The notes under the pieces: model-generated | Databases searched by the model: none | What the model was told of the DNA's origin: nothing | What the model saw: the letters and a program-made list of their open reading frames with translations, nothing else | Assembly (NCBI GenBank): GCA_946639585.1 | Contig: CAMPBS010000001.1 | Location: 8,210-72,209 of the forward strand | Length of the DNA stretch: 64,000 nucleotides | Source: an uncultured Clostridium sp. | GTDB lineage: Bacteria; Bacillota; Clostridia; TANB77; CAG-508 | Reading direction: 5' to 3' | Shown: in pieces, positions 47,363 through 57,871 of the stretch | How the letters are laid out: each line of letters opens with the position of its first letter | Position numbering within the stretch: the stretch's first letter is position 1 | Made by a program: the position numbers and the translations under genes

Positions 47363-47392
47363 TTGTAAATTTTAATATAATGGAGAATAGTT

Positions 47393-48511
47393 ATGGAAAA
47401 TACAGAAGAAACAAGATATGAGGGATTAAAAAGTTTTTTTAAACTAGATTCAAGATTAAAACAAGAAATGATGGAATACGCACCCAATGGTATAATGACA
47501 GAAGAGGAAAAAATAAGTTATACTGATAGCATAGAAAATATGTTAAAAGATACTAAAAATGAAATAAAAACTATTTTTAGAAAACTAGATATAAATATAG
47601 ATGAAAAAATAGATGACTTTTTTCAACAAAAAATGATAGAATTAGCTAATTGTTTAAACAAGCAAAATGGAATAAAGGAATTTTACCAAAATTCAATATC
47701 AAACTTGGATTCAGAATTTGTTGAAAATGTAAAAGGTACATGTGTAGGATATGCTATGATATCAGAAAATGCAAATGATTCAATTATTCCTAAAGCTAAA
47801 ACTCTTAATGAATTATTGCACTTTTTACATTCATCAATAGTAAATAATGATGAATTATTACAATCAATGCCTGTTATCGAAAAGAAAAAATATATTACTC
47901 CAAAATCGCTGGAAATTGCTCAAAAAAGAGGAATAGAGGTTGATGATAGTTGGAAAAATGAAGTGACATTGTATGGAGAAGAAACGCCAATAGCAAGAGA
48001 GTTATTTAATGAATTTCCAAATGATTGTGAATCAGAATTGTGCGATATAATAAGTCTTGAAAATAAAGTATTAATAATGGCTAGAGACTTAGGACATGCT
48101 TTAACAATTGACATAGATACAAGCGAAGAAAAGCCATTAGTTAAGTACTTTATTCCTAAAATCTGTAATAGAAAAATGGTTGAAGCTTTACCGGGAATAG
48201 GAAAAATTACTCAATCAGGTGCAACAGGAATGTTTGAAGTTGAAAGTGCTTCAGAGTTAAGTAAAAAAATATTTAGTTTTATGGAAAAGGTTCCAACTGA
48301 TTCTGATATTGTAATGGAAAACAATACAGATAATGGGCAGGAAGAGTTAATTTATAAAGAAGAAAATGATGTGCAAAATGATGCACAATTCAATGAACGC
48401 AATGTACAAGAACTTGTGGCAACTAGAAAAATTAGCAATATAAAAAGTATAGTTGAAAGTTTAAAGAAAAAAATTAGATGTAAAGATACAGTAGAAAAAG
48501 ATAGAGAGTAA
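47393..48511 (+). CDS. hypothetical protein
   Basis: 372-aa ORF on the majority strand. I recognise no family. Confidence 0.5.
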   Translation: MENTEETRYEGLKSFFKLDSRLKQEMMEYAPNGIMTEEEKISYTDSIENMLKDTKNEIKTIFRKLDINIDEKIDDFFQQKMIELANCLNKQNGIKEFYQNSISNLDSEFVENVKGTCVGYAMISENANDSIIPKAKTLNELLHFLHSSIVNNDELLQSMPVIEKKKYITPKSLEIAQKRGIEVDDSWKNEVTLYGEETPIARELFNEFPNDCESELCDIISLENKVLIMARDLGHALTIDIDTSEEKPLVKYFIPKICNRKMVEALPGIGKITQSGATGMFEVESASELSKKIFSFMEKVPTDSDIVMENNTDNGQEELIYKEENDVQNDAQFNERNVQELVATRKISNIKSIVESLKKKIRCKDTVEKDRE

Positions 48512-48523
48512 TGGGAGTTACAT

Positions 48524-48976
48524 ATGAAGGGGAAATATGAATTAAATGATATAGCAAATGAAACACTAGTTGTTTTAAATCATTTTGAACTAAAATTAAT
48601 AAATCAGATTCCACAAAGAGTTATAAATTATTTAAAGGAATTAGCTATAAAATCAAAGAAAAAATACAAAATTGACGAAAATAAATCTTTGGCTAATCAA
48701 AATATTTCAGAACAATCAAAAGATTTAATTTCATATATTTATTATAAATATATAGCTGATGAGGAAAAGAAGAAAGAAATACTAAAAAAGTGGGATAAAA
48801 ATGAAATTGAATATATTAAAGAATTAAATAAAAAATATAATTATGATCAATTATTCAATAAGAAAAAATATATAGCTCAAAATGTAAGTAGTGGAACAGA
48901 AATTGCTATACAAAAAGAAAATGTATTTACAAAAATTAAAAATAAGATATTTAAAATATTTGGTAAAAAAAGTTAG
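48524..48976 (+). CDS. hypothetical protein (Lys-rich)
   Basis: 150-aa ORF. I recognise no family. Confidence 0.45.
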   Translation: MKGKYELNDIANETLVVLNHFELKLINQIPQRVINYLKELAIKSKKKYKIDENKSLANQNISEQSKDLISYIYYKYIADEEKKKEILKKWDKNEIEYIKELNKKYNYDQLFNKKKYIAQNVSSGTEIAIQKENVFTKIKNKIFKIFGKKS

Positions 48977-48986
48977 GAAGTAGAAA

Positions 48987-49976
48987 ATGGAAAAAGATAT
49001 ACTAACACTTGGAATTGAATCAAGTTGCGACGAAACAGCCGCAAGCATAGTAAAAAATGGAAGAGAAATTCTTTCAAATATAGTAGACACTCAAATACCA
49101 ATACATGAAAAGTATGGTGGAGTAGTACCAGAAATAGCCTCAAGAAATCACATTGAGGCTATTTCAAGAGTTGTAAAAAAAGCTCTAGAAGAAGCTAATG
49201 TTACATTTGATGACATAGATGCTATCACTCCAACATATGGTCCAGGCTTGGTAGGTGCACTATTAGTAGGCTTATCTTATGCAAAAGCACTTGCATTTGC
49301 AATAAACAAACCCTTAGTGGGAGTTAACCATATACAAGGTCACATTGCATCAAACTATATAACATATCCAGATTTAAAACCACCATTTTTATGTATGATG
49401 ATGTCAGGTGGAAATACTCAAATAGTTCATGTAAAAAATTACACAGAATTTGAAGTACTTGGAAAAACAAGAGATGATGCAATAGGAGAAGCATTTGACA
49501 AAGTTGCAAGAGTAGTTGGACTTGGTTATCCAGGTGGGCCTAAGGTAGACAAGCTGGCAAAAGAAGGACAACCAGTATTTGATTTACCTAAAACACATTT
49601 TGATAATTTAGATTTTAGTTTTAGCGGAATAAAAACTGCGGTAATTAACCTAAATCACAAAACACCAGATATAAACAAAGCAGACCTTTGTAACAGTTTT
49701 GAAAAAGCTGTAACAGAAGTATTGATAGAAAATATAAAAAAAGCAGTTGAAACAACAGGAGTTAAAACAATTGCACTAGCAGGAGGAGTTTCAGCAAATA
49801 GCTATATTAGAAACGAATTCTTAAAGCTAGAAGAACAAGGCATAAAAATATATATGCCAGATTTAAAACTATGCACAGACAACGCTGCAATGATAGCTTC
49901 TGCTGGTTATTACAACTTTATTGCAGGAAAATCTGACGAATTAGATCTTAATGCTATACCTAATCTAAAACTATAA
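48987..49976 (+). CDS. tsaD: tRNA N6-adenosine threonylcarbamoyltransferase TsaD (Kae1/Gcp)
   Basis: [29 protein letters not shown] and GVNHIQGHI. Confidence 0.95.
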   Translation: MEKDILTLGIESSCDETAASIVKNGREILSNIVDTQIPIHEKYGGVVPEIASRNHIEAISRVVKKALEEANVTFDDIDAITPTYGPGLVGALLVGLSYAKALAFAINKPLVGVNHIQGHIASNYITYPDLKPPFLCMMMSGGNTQIVHVKNYTEFEVLGKTRDDAIGEAFDKVARVVGLGYPGGPKVDKLAKEGQPVFDLPKTHFDNLDFSFSGIKTAVINLNHKTPDINKADLCNSFEKAVTEVLIENIKKAVETTGVKTIALAGGVSANSYIRNEFLKLEEQGIKIYMPDLKLCTDNAAMIASAGYYNFIAGKSDELDLNAIPNLKL

Positions 49977-49984
49977 TTACCATA

Positions 49985-50119
49985 GTAAAATATATTAATT
50001 TTTAAATCCTTGGTGTCGCAATTTCCATATTAAAAAATACTAGTATGTAAATTGCTCCAGTCGCCCTGCGCTTTGCTCCGGTTGGTCGCTTACGCGGATT
50101 TAAAATTAATATATTTTAC
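49985..50119. repeat. GC-rich structured element copy A, nested in a locus-specific 24-bp AT palindrome
   Basis: The arms are gtaaaatatattaatttttaaatcc / ggatttaaaattaatatattttac. Core 50004-50101 is about 90% identical to copy B. Confidence 0.85.
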
Positions 50120-50150
50120 AAAAGCAAATAATTAAAATAGGAGATGTTAA

Positions 50151-50852
50151 ATGAGTATATATGTAATAGCAGATTTGCACTTATCGTTAAAACATCCAAA
50201 ACCAATGGACATATTTGGCGATAATTGGGCAAATCATGAACAAAAAATAAGAGAAGACTGGCTTTCAAAAGTAAAAGAAAACGATTTAGTAGTATTGCCA
50301 GGAGATTTCTCATGGGAAACATATTTAAAAGAAACAGATAAAGATTTTGAATATTTAAATGATTTGCCAGGAAAAAAACTAATGCTAAAAGGAAATCATG
50401 ACTATTGGTGGACAACTTTAAATAGTATGAGAAATTATTTAAAAGAAAACAACTTCGAAAATATAGATTTTATATATAATAATAGTTATGAGTTTGAAAA
50501 TTATCTAATTGCTGGTACAAGAGGCTGGAGCGTAAAAGAAGAAGGCAACGAAAAAATGCTAAATAGAGAAACAATAAGACTAGAATTATCATTAAAAGAT
50601 GCTGTACAAAAATATGGAACAGAAAAAGAAATTCTAGTATTTATGCACTATCCACCAATCACACAAGCAGACTTACAACAAAACCAAGAACCAGAATTTG
50701 TTAGAATAATGAAAAAGTATAATGTAAAAAGATGCTTCTATGGTCACTTACATTCAAAATCAATCAAAGATGCAGTGGAAGGAAAATACTTTGGAATAGA
50801 CTTTAAATTAGTAAGTTCAGATGGATTAAATTTCAAATTATATAAAATATAA
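50151..50852 (+). CDS. calcineurin-like metallophosphoesterase
   Basis: VIADLHL, LPGDFSW, KGNHDYWW and YGHLH motifs. Confidence 0.8.
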   Translation: MSIYVIADLHLSLKHPKPMDIFGDNWANHEQKIREDWLSKVKENDLVVLPGDFSWETYLKETDKDFEYLNDLPGKKLMLKGNHDYWWTTLNSMRNYLKENNFENIDFIYNNSYEFENYLIAGTRGWSVKEEGNEKMLNRETIRLELSLKDAVQKYGTEKEILVFMHYPPITQADLQQNQEPEFVRIMKKYNVKRCFYGHLHSKSIKDAVEGKYFGIDFKLVSSDGLNFKLYKI

Positions 50853-50857
50853 TTTTT

Positions 50858-50965
50858 AGGCTTTTTTTTGGGAGTTTTTTTGGGACACCCCAAAAAAACC
50901 AGGTTAAAAAACACAAAAACCTGGATTTTTTTGGAGTGTCCCAAAAACCAGATTTAAAAAAAGAA
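50858..50965. repeat. composite of two inverted GGGACAC-type hairpin repeats, forming the leader of the ABC operon
   Basis: tttttttgggacaccccaaaaaaaccagg ... tttttggagtgtcccaaaaaccagatttaaaaaaa. Homologous to 54229-54312. Confidence 0.8.
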
Positions 50966-50976
50966 GGAGAGTAAAA

Positions 50977-51915
50977 ATGAATAATGTTATTGAAGTAAAA
51001 AATTTAGTTAAAGAATACAAAGAATTAAAAGCAATTGATAATTTGTCATTTGAAGTACACGAAGGCGAAATTTTAGGTTTACTTGGACCAAATGGAAGCG
51101 GAAAATCTACAACAATCAATTGTGTTTTATCACTTTTAAAAACATCAAATGGTTCAATAAAAATATTAGGAAAAGAAATGAAACCAGATAGCTATGAAAT
51201 AAAAAGAAAAATTGGTGTAATATTCCAAGATGTAGCTGTTTTTGATGAACTTACAGTTTACCAAAACATTGATTATTTCTGCGGTTTATATGTTCAAGAC
51301 AAAGAAACAAGAAAAAAATATGTTGAGGAAGCTATTGAATTAGTTGGATTACAAGATTTTAAAAAATTTTATCCTAAAAAATTATCAGGCGGTTTATTAA
51401 GAAGATTAAACATAGCTTGTGGTATAGCGCATAAGCCACAACTAATTTTCTTAGATGAACCAACAGTTGCAGTTGATCCACAAAGTAGAAATAATATATT
51501 AGATGGAATCAAAAAATTAAGAGATGCTGGTGCAACAATTGTCTATACAACACACTATATGGAAGAAGTTGAAATCCTTTGTGATAGAGTTATAATCCTA
51601 GATAAAGGAAAAATTCTTGCACAAGGTACAACTGAAGAAGTAAAAGAATTAGCAAAAATAGATGAAAAAGTAACAGTAGAAGTTAATAATTTAGATTCAA
51701 GTTACATAGAAAAAATCAAACAAAATAGCAATGTAGACGAAGTTACATATACAGATGGAGTTTTACTTGTTAAATATAAAGAAGGCAAAAACAACTTGGT
51801 AGATATGGTAGAGTTTTTGAAAAAAGAGAGTATAAAATATAACAAAATCAATTCAGAAAAACCAACTTTAAACGATGTATTCTTAGAACTAACCGGAAAG
51901 GAACTTAGAGACTAA
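50977..51915 (+). CDS. ABC transporter ATP-binding protein (ABC-2/DrrA type)
   Basis: Walker A GPNGSGKST, signature LSGGLLRR and Walker B LIFLDEP. Confidence 0.9.
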   Translation: MNNVIEVKNLVKEYKELKAIDNLSFEVHEGEILGLLGPNGSGKSTTINCVLSLLKTSNGSIKILGKEMKPDSYEIKRKIGVIFQDVAVFDELTVYQNIDYFCGLYVQDKETRKKYVEEAIELVGLQDFKKFYPKKLSGGLLRRLNIACGIAHKPQLIFLDEPTVAVDPQSRNNILDGIKKLRDAGATIVYTTHYMEEVEILCDRVIILDKGKILAQGTTEEVKELAKIDEKVTVEVNNLDSSYIEKIKQNSNVDEVTYTDGVLLVKYKEGKNNLVDMVEFLKKESIKYNKINSEKPTLNDVFLELTGKELRD

Positions 51916-53096
51916 TGTTTTTACATAATTTTAAATATTCTCTAAAAACTCTTTTCAAAAACAAAATGCTAATATTTTGGACATTTGCCTTCCCAATAAT
52001 ATTAGGAACATTTTTCAACATGGCATTTTCAGATGTCATTGAAAAAGAAAAACTTGACATTATAAACATAGCAATAATTGACAATGAAGATTATCAAAAC
52101 AATCAAATAATGAAAACAGCTTTCGAAAGCTTAAGTGACGAAAATAGCGAAGATCAAATGTTTAACACAAAGCTAGTAGAAGAAGAAAAAGCAAAAGAAA
52201 TGCTAGACAAAGAAGAAATTGTGGGGTACCTGAAAATGCAAGGAAATGACCCAAAGCTTGTATTCCAAACAAATGGGGTAAGCCAAACAATTTTTAAATA
52301 TGTAGTAGAAGAAATAGTTCAAAGGTCAAGTATTGTTGAAAACATTTCAAAGGACGAAATACAAAAACAAATAGAACAAGGAAATTATGCAGTAGATGCT
52401 GAAAGCATTGTAAAAAGAGTAATAAAAGAAACAGGCAATACAGAAGTAGAATTTAAAAATACAGCAAATCAAAATTTAAATTACATGATGATAGAATTCT
52501 ATACTTTAATTGCTATGACATGTCTATATGGTGGCGTTTTAGGAATGGTTGCTATAAATCAAAAATTACCTAATACGTCTAATAAAGGTAAAAGAGTGGC
52601 TGTTGCACCAACTAAGAAAAGTGCAGTGGTATTAAGCTCGCTTTTTGCAGGATATGTAGCTCAGTTATTGGGACTAGCAATTTTATTTGTATATACAATT
52701 TTTGCTCTAAAAGTTGACTTTGGAGAGCATACTGGCTTGGTGGTTTTACTTTCAATGATAGGAAGTTTAACAGGGCTATCTATGGGAATTGCAGTAAGTA
52801 CATTAAGCAAAAAAAACGAAGCAGCAAAATCAGGAATTTTAATTGGTATAACAATGGTTGGATGTTTCTTTTCAGGCATGATGGGTGTAACTTTAAAATA
52901 TGTAATTGACAAAGGTATGCCAATAATCAATTTAATAAACCCTGCAAATATGATAACAGATGGATTTTATTCATTGTATTACTATAACACATTAGACAGA
53001 TTTTGGTTTAATTTTGCAAGCTTGGCTGTTGTTTGTATAGTGTTAATTTCAATATCATTCTTGAGTTTAAGGAGGCAAAAATATGACAGTATTTAA
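51915..53096 (+). CDS. ABC-2 type transporter permease
   Basis: N-terminal TM helix, a large external domain and 5 C-terminal TM helices, as in ABC-2 permeases. Confidence 0.7.
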   Translation: MFLHNFKYSLKTLFKNKMLIFWTFAFPIILGTFFNMAFSDVIEKEKLDIINIAIIDNEDYQNNQIMKTAFESLSDENSEDQMFNTKLVEEEKAKEMLDKEEIVGYLKMQGNDPKLVFQTNGVSQTIFKYVVEEIVQRSSIVENISKDEIQKQIEQGNYAVDAESIVKRVIKETGNTEVEFKNTANQNLNYMMIEFYTLIAMTCLYGGVLGMVAINQKLPNTSNKGKRVAVAPTKKSAVVLSSLFAGYVAQLLGLAILFVYTIFALKVDFGEHTGLVVLLSMIGSLTGLSMGIAVSTLSKKNEAAKSGILIGITMVGCFFSGMMGVTLKYVIDKGMPIINLINPANMITDGFYSLYYYNTLDRFWFNFASLAVVCIVLISISFLSLRRQKYDSI

Positions 53097-54228
53097 AACC
53101 TTTTTACAAGTATTAAAAAAGAATAAATTTATAATAATAATGTACACAGCAATATTGTTGATATTTGGTAATTTCTCTATGCAATCAAGTCAAAGTGCAA
53201 TGGGATTTGAAGCAAGCAAACCAACTGTTTTTATAGTAAATGAAGACAAGGAAGAGGGAATTACTAAGGACTTTGTAAAATATATTAAAGAAAAATGTGA
53301 AATTGCTGAAATTGAAAATTCAAAAGAAGCCATTGATGATGCATTATTTTATGAAGATGTAAGCTTAGTAGTCTATATTCCACAAAATTTTGAAAAAGAC
53401 ATTATGGAGGGCAAAGAACCTGAAATAACAATAAAGAAAAGGGATAGCTACTATGGTTCTCTTGCAGAAATGCTTTTACAAAGATATATTAAAGTTGCTA
53501 AATTGTATCAAAAAAATATAACAGATGAAGCCGAATTAGTTGCAAAAATAAATGAAACAATCTCAAAAGATGTTGAAACAGAGGTAACAACTAAATTAGA
53601 TACAACATCATTAAGCAAAGCTACAAGATTTTTCAACTTTTCATCATATAGTTTTTTAGCATGTTTAATTTATATAATTAGTTTAATACTAACAACATTT
53701 AATGAAGAAAAAGTACAAAAAAGAACAACAATAAGTAGTTATAATTATAAAAAATATAATAGAATTTTACTATTAGGAAATGCATTATATGCCTTTGTTT
53801 TATGGGGATTATATGTAATAATGAGCTTTGTTTTTGTTGGCGGAACAATGGCAAGTTTAAACGGATTGCTATTTATAGCAAATTCATTTATATTTGTAAT
53901 TTGTGCAACAGCACTTGCCTTCTTTGTAGGAAATTTTGTTAAAAATAAAGATTCTATAAATGGTATAGTAAATGTAATCGGGCTTGGTTCAAGCTTTTTA
54001 TGTGGTGCATTTATACCATTAGAATGGTTACCAGACTCTGTTAAAGCAATAGGACATATATATCCTACAATTTATTATGTAGAAGCAAATGAAACAATTG
54101 CAAAACTAGAAGAGTTCAATTTTGAAACATTAAAGCCTATAATAATAAATGCTGGTATTGTTTTAGCATTTACAGCAGTATTTATAATATTAACAAATAT
54201 AGTAACCAAAAAAAGAAGAAGAGTTTAA
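53083..54228 (+). CDS. ABC-2 type transporter permease
   Basis: Same architecture as the preceding gene, with overlapping coding ends. Confidence 0.7.
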   Translation: MTVFKTFLQVLKKNKFIIIMYTAILLIFGNFSMQSSQSAMGFEASKPTVFIVNEDKEEGITKDFVKYIKEKCEIAEIENSKEAIDDALFYEDVSLVVYIPQNFEKDIMEGKEPEITIKKRDSYYGSLAEMLLQRYIKVAKLYQKNITDEAELVAKINETISKDVETEVTTKLDTTSLSKATRFFNFSSYSFLACLIYIISLILTTFNEEKVQKRTTISSYNYKKYNRILLLGNALYAFVLWGLYVIMSFVFVGGTMASLNGLLFIANSFIFVICATALAFFVGNFVKNKDSINGIVNVIGLGSSFLCGAFIPLEWLPDSVKAIGHIYPTIYYVEANETIAKLEEFNFETLKPIIINAGIVLAFTAVFIILTNIVTKKRRRV

Positions 54229-54312
54229 ACTTTTGAACTTTTGGGACACCCCAAAAAACCAGTTTTTTTAAATACTTTTTGGAGTGTCCCAAAAAACCAG
54301 GTTTAAAAAAGG
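54229..54312. repeat. composite of two inverted GGGACAC-type hairpin repeats, forming the leader of recG
   Basis: cttttgggacaccccaaaaaaccag ... tttttggagtgtcccaaaaaaccaggtttaaaaaaggag. Confidence 0.8.
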
Positions 54313-54320
54313 AGAAAAGC

Positions 54321-56363
54321 ATGGATTTAACCAAAGATGTAAAATACATAAAAGGAGTTGGACCAAATCGTGTCCAACTTTTAAATAGATTGGGAATTTT
54401 TACGCTAGAAGATTTAATTACATATTTTCCAAGAACATATGAAGATAGAAGTAAGCCTAAATTTATAGCGGAATGTGTAGATGGAGAAGAAGCTTTAATT
54501 GAAGCTTATGCAGGTGGCAGAGTACAAGAGATTCGTTTAAAAGGTAAAACAATGTACAAGCTTGTAATTAAAGATGAATCAGGCACAGCAACTGCTACAT
54601 GGTTTAACCAAAGCTATTTAAAAAACATTTTTAGAATGGGTGAAAAGTATAAATTTTATGGAAAAATAAGTAATCATTATGGTAAAATTACTATAAATTC
54701 ACCCGTATATGAAAGTAGCGAAAAAAGCTCAAATACTGGGAAAATAATACCAATCTATCCATTAACATATAAACTAACTCAGAATACAATTAGAAAAATA
54801 ATTGAAAATGGTTTAGCAGAAATTGAAGGGAATTTACCAGAGACATTGCCAGATTATTTATTAAAAGAATATGGATTACAGGGAATAAATGAAGCTATTA
54901 AAACAATTCATTTTCCAGAAGAATTCAAAGATTTTAGTATAGCTAGAAAAAGGCTCGTTTTTGAGGAATTGTTATCAACTCAATTAGCTTTATTACAGTT
55001 AAAAAATAACTATGTTCATAGTGAAGATGGAATTGAGTATAGCAAAGATGTTAAGATGTCAGATGTAATAAATGTGTTGCCATTCAAGCTAACTAAAGCG
55101 CAATTGCGAGTTTTGGAAGAAATAGATAACGATATGGAAAGCAAGAAAAATATGAATAGACTTTTACAAGGAGATGTTGGTTCTGGAAAAACAGTAGTTG
55201 CAATGGTAGCAGCATATAAAGCTGTAAAATGTGGTTACCAAGCAGCAATAATGGCACCAACTGCAATCCTTGCAACACAACACTTAGAAAGCTTTAAATC
55301 ACTTTTTGATGATTTAGGAATAAGATGTGAACTTTTAATTTCTGCAATCACAAAGAAGAAAAAGCAAGAATTATTAGAAAGACTTAAAAATGGCGAAATT
55401 GACATCTTAATTGGTACACATGCAATAATAGAGGATAATGTTGAATTCAAAAAATTAGGACTAGTTGTAACAGATGAGCAACACAGATTTGGTGTAAAGC
55501 AAAGAACGAAAATTGTCGAAAAAGGACAAAATCCAGATGTTTTAGTTATGACAGCAACACCAATTCCAAGAACACTTGCACTAATTTTGTATGGAGATTT
55601 GGACATTTCTATAATTGATGAACTTCCACCAAATAGAAAGAAAATTGAAACCTATGCAGTAACAAAAGGAATGGAAGAAAGAGTAAATAACTTTATAAAA
55701 CAACAAATTAACGAAGGAAGACAATGCTATATTGTGTGTCCGTTAGTTGAAGAATCTGAAGAAATGGACTTAAAGTCTGTTGTTGAGTTATATGAAAAAT
55801 ATAAAACTGAAACTTTCCAAGAATATAAAGTTGAATACATCCATGGAAAAATGAAGCCAAAAGACAAAGACGAAATAATGGAACGCTTTAAAAATGGAGA
55901 AATAAATATTTTAATTTCAACAACAGTAATAGAAGTAGGAGTAAACGTTCCAAATGCAAGCATAATGGTAGTAGAAGATGCTCAAAGATTTGGGCTAGCT
56001 CAGTTACATCAGCTAAGGGGAAGAGTTGGAAGAGGCGAATATCAGTCATATTGTATATTAAAATATAAGGGGAGCGGAGAAAACACGCGTGAAAGAATGA
56101 AAGTAATGTGTGAAACAAATGATGGATTTGTAATATCTGAAAAAGACTTAGAATTAAGAGGCACAGGAGATTTCTTCGGAACAAAACAACATGGAATACC
56201 AGAATTCAAAATAGCAAACTTATTTGAAGACATGCCAGTATTAAAGCAAGTACAAGGCATATCAATGAAAATAATTGCAGACGATCCAAAACTAGAAAAA
56301 GAAAATAATAGATTATTAAAAGAATTAATAAAAGATAAATTTACAAACAGAATAGAAATCTAA
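54321..56363 (+). CDS. recG: ATP-dependent DNA helicase RecG
   Basis: Wedge/OB N-domain, helicase motifs GDVGSGKT, DEQHRFG and TATPIPRT, and QLHQLRGRVGRG. Start at ATG 54321. Confidence 0.95.
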   Translation: MDLTKDVKYIKGVGPNRVQLLNRLGIFTLEDLITYFPRTYEDRSKPKFIAECVDGEEALIEAYAGGRVQEIRLKGKTMYKLVIKDESGTATATWFNQSYLKNIFRMGEKYKFYGKISNHYGKITINSPVYESSEKSSNTGKIIPIYPLTYKLTQNTIRKIIENGLAEIEGNLPETLPDYLLKEYGLQGINEAIKTIHFPEEFKDFSIARKRLVFEELLSTQLALLQLKNNYVHSEDGIEYSKDVKMSDVINVLPFKLTKAQLRVLEEIDNDMESKKNMNRLLQGDVGSGKTVVAMVAAYKAVKCGYQAAIMAPTAILATQHLESFKSLFDDLGIRCELLISAITKKKKQELLERLKNGEIDILIGTHAIIEDNVEFKKLGLVVTDEQHRFGVKQRTKIVEKGQNPDVLVMTATPIPRTLALILYGDLDISIIDELPPNRKKIETYAVTKGMEERVNNFIKQQINEGRQCYIVCPLVEESEEMDLKSVVELYEKYKTETFQEYKVEYIHGKMKPKDKDEIMERFKNGEINILISTTVIEVGVNVPNASIMVVEDAQRFGLAQLHQLRGRVGRGEYQSYCILKYKGSGENTRERMKVMCETNDGFVISEKDLELRGTGDFFGTKQHGIPEFKIANLFEDMPVLKQVQGISMKIIADDPKLEKENNRLLKELIKDKFTNRIEI

Positions 56364-56370
56364 GCATTCG

Positions 56371-56402
56371 AGCAATTTGGGGACACTTCCCAAATTGCTC
56401 AA
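56371..56402 (+). terminator. recG terminator built on a GGGACAC-type hairpin
   Basis: gagcaatttgggga-cac-ttcccaaattgctc. Confidence 0.65.
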
Positions 56403-56475
56403 ATTTTCAAAAAGATATTGTAATAATATTGATTTTAGTATAGAATAAGAAAAAACAAAAAGGATGTCGATAAAT

Positions 56476-56667
56476 ATGTTTCAAATAATAATAAGAATAA
56501 TAGCAGCAATAATAGCTCTAATAGGAGTAATACTAATATATGATTCAAGAATAATAACAAAAAACTTCTTTGGCTTTGGAGACCAAAATGAAGCAACAGC
56601 AGGCTTAAAAATAGTTGGCTTTTTTATAGCACTATTAGGCGGAGTAATATTTTATTTAGTAAAATAA
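56476..56667 (+). CDS. small 2-TM membrane protein
   Basis: MFQIIIRIIAAIIALIGVILIY...GFFIALLGGVIFYLVK. Confidence 0.5.
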   Translation: MFQIIIRIIAAIIALIGVILIYDSRIITKNFFGFGDQNEATAGLKIVGFFIALLGGVIFYLVK

Positions 56668-56783
56668 CAAATTTAGGGACGTGTCCCACTAATTAGGACA
56701 ATTTCTAAAATTCAATTTAATTTTAAAAATAGTCTTGACAAATGACTTAATCATGTGCTATTATATATGTTGTCAATAGACAT

Positions 56784-56867
56784 GCGGATGTGGCGGAATT
56801 GGTAGACGCGCTGGTCTTAGGAACCAGTGCCAAAAGCGTGGGGGTTCGAGTCCCTTCATCCGCACCA
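56784..56867 (+). tRNA. tRNA-Leu (anticodon UAG), class II with a long variable arm and encoded CCA
   Basis: Acceptor gcggatg/catccgc, anticodon stem ctggt/accag with loop cTTAGga (TAG at 56818-20), T-arm ggggg-ttcgagt-ccctt, and terminal acca. A TTGACA/TATTAT promoter lies upstream and a hairpin terminator at 56870-56909. Confidence 0.9.
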
Positions 56868-56992
56868 TTAAAACACCAAGTGTTTGATATAATCATAACT
56901 TGGTGTTTTAATTTTAAGCATAAGTAATCCTAAAGTAAAATAAAACATATATTTTACATAGAGTAATAATATAAATATAAGGAGAAAATCAG

Positions 56993-57778
56993 ATGGGAAT
57001 ATTTAGTATATTTAAAAATAATAATATGAATGAAAATAATAAAGAAAACAGTAATACAAGTTTTTTAGAAAATTATATTAAATCAAAGTATACAATAAAT
57101 ACTGATAATATCAATTATTCAAATAATGATATTGCTAGAATAGAAAAAAATTGTGAAATAATAGAAAAAATGGGAATACCTAGCTATAAAGAATTAAAAC
57201 TCGTACCTGTTGATTCTATCGTAACAATAGAGGAGAAAAAAGAATTAGTATTACATTTAATTTTTAATTTTTTTGTAGGAAGAAAGGCATTCAATAGATT
57301 AAATCATAAGGGGGATGTAGATGATGCAGATGTTATGATGCTAGCATTGAAATATGCTCCAGAGTTTAATCAATTAGCACGTTATTTATCAGAAATATCA
57401 AAAGGAAACATAGGGGAAAATGAATTAAACAATTTGGCATTTTTGAGTGAACAAGCAGTAGTGTTAGCATGGGTATTGGGATTAGCTGAGAAACCAATGG
57501 AAAATAAAGTGACTTTAGGAAGTAATTTAGTAAATGTATTTGAGAACTATAATAGTATAGAAGATCTTATTGAAAAAAGTAATATTATATCTAAAGATGA
57601 AATTATGGAATATGCTGATTATATATCAAGATTGGATTTATATTGTATGGAACTTACAATATCAAAAAAAGATACACAAATGTTGAAAGATTTGAATTTA
57701 GATTGTATTCGTGAACATAAATCTGCAATTGATATGGTAACATCTTATAGTATGGATAAGTATTTAATTGCAAAGTAG
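56993..57778 (+). CDS. hypothetical protein (possibly DUF4272-like)
   Basis: 261 aa with AAGGAG upstream. Weak resemblance only (LSEQAVVLAWVLGLAEKP). Confidence 0.45.
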   Translation: MGIFSIFKNNNMNENNKENSNTSFLENYIKSKYTINTDNINYSNNDIARIEKNCEIIEKMGIPSYKELKLVPVDSIVTIEEKKELVLHLIFNFFVGRKAFNRLNHKGDVDDADVMMLALKYAPEFNQLARYLSEISKGNIGENELNNLAFLSEQAVVLAWVLGLAEKPMENKVTLGSNLVNVFENYNSIEDLIEKSNIISKDEIMEYADYISRLDLYCMELTISKKDTQMLKDLNLDCIREHKSAIDMVTSYSMDKYLIAK

Positions 57779-57871
57779 TATTACAGTAAATCTTTATAAA
57801 TTCATTTGCCAAAATGAGAAAATTACGTTAAATTAGCAGTGGTAAAATGTATAAAAGAAGGGAAAAATAAA

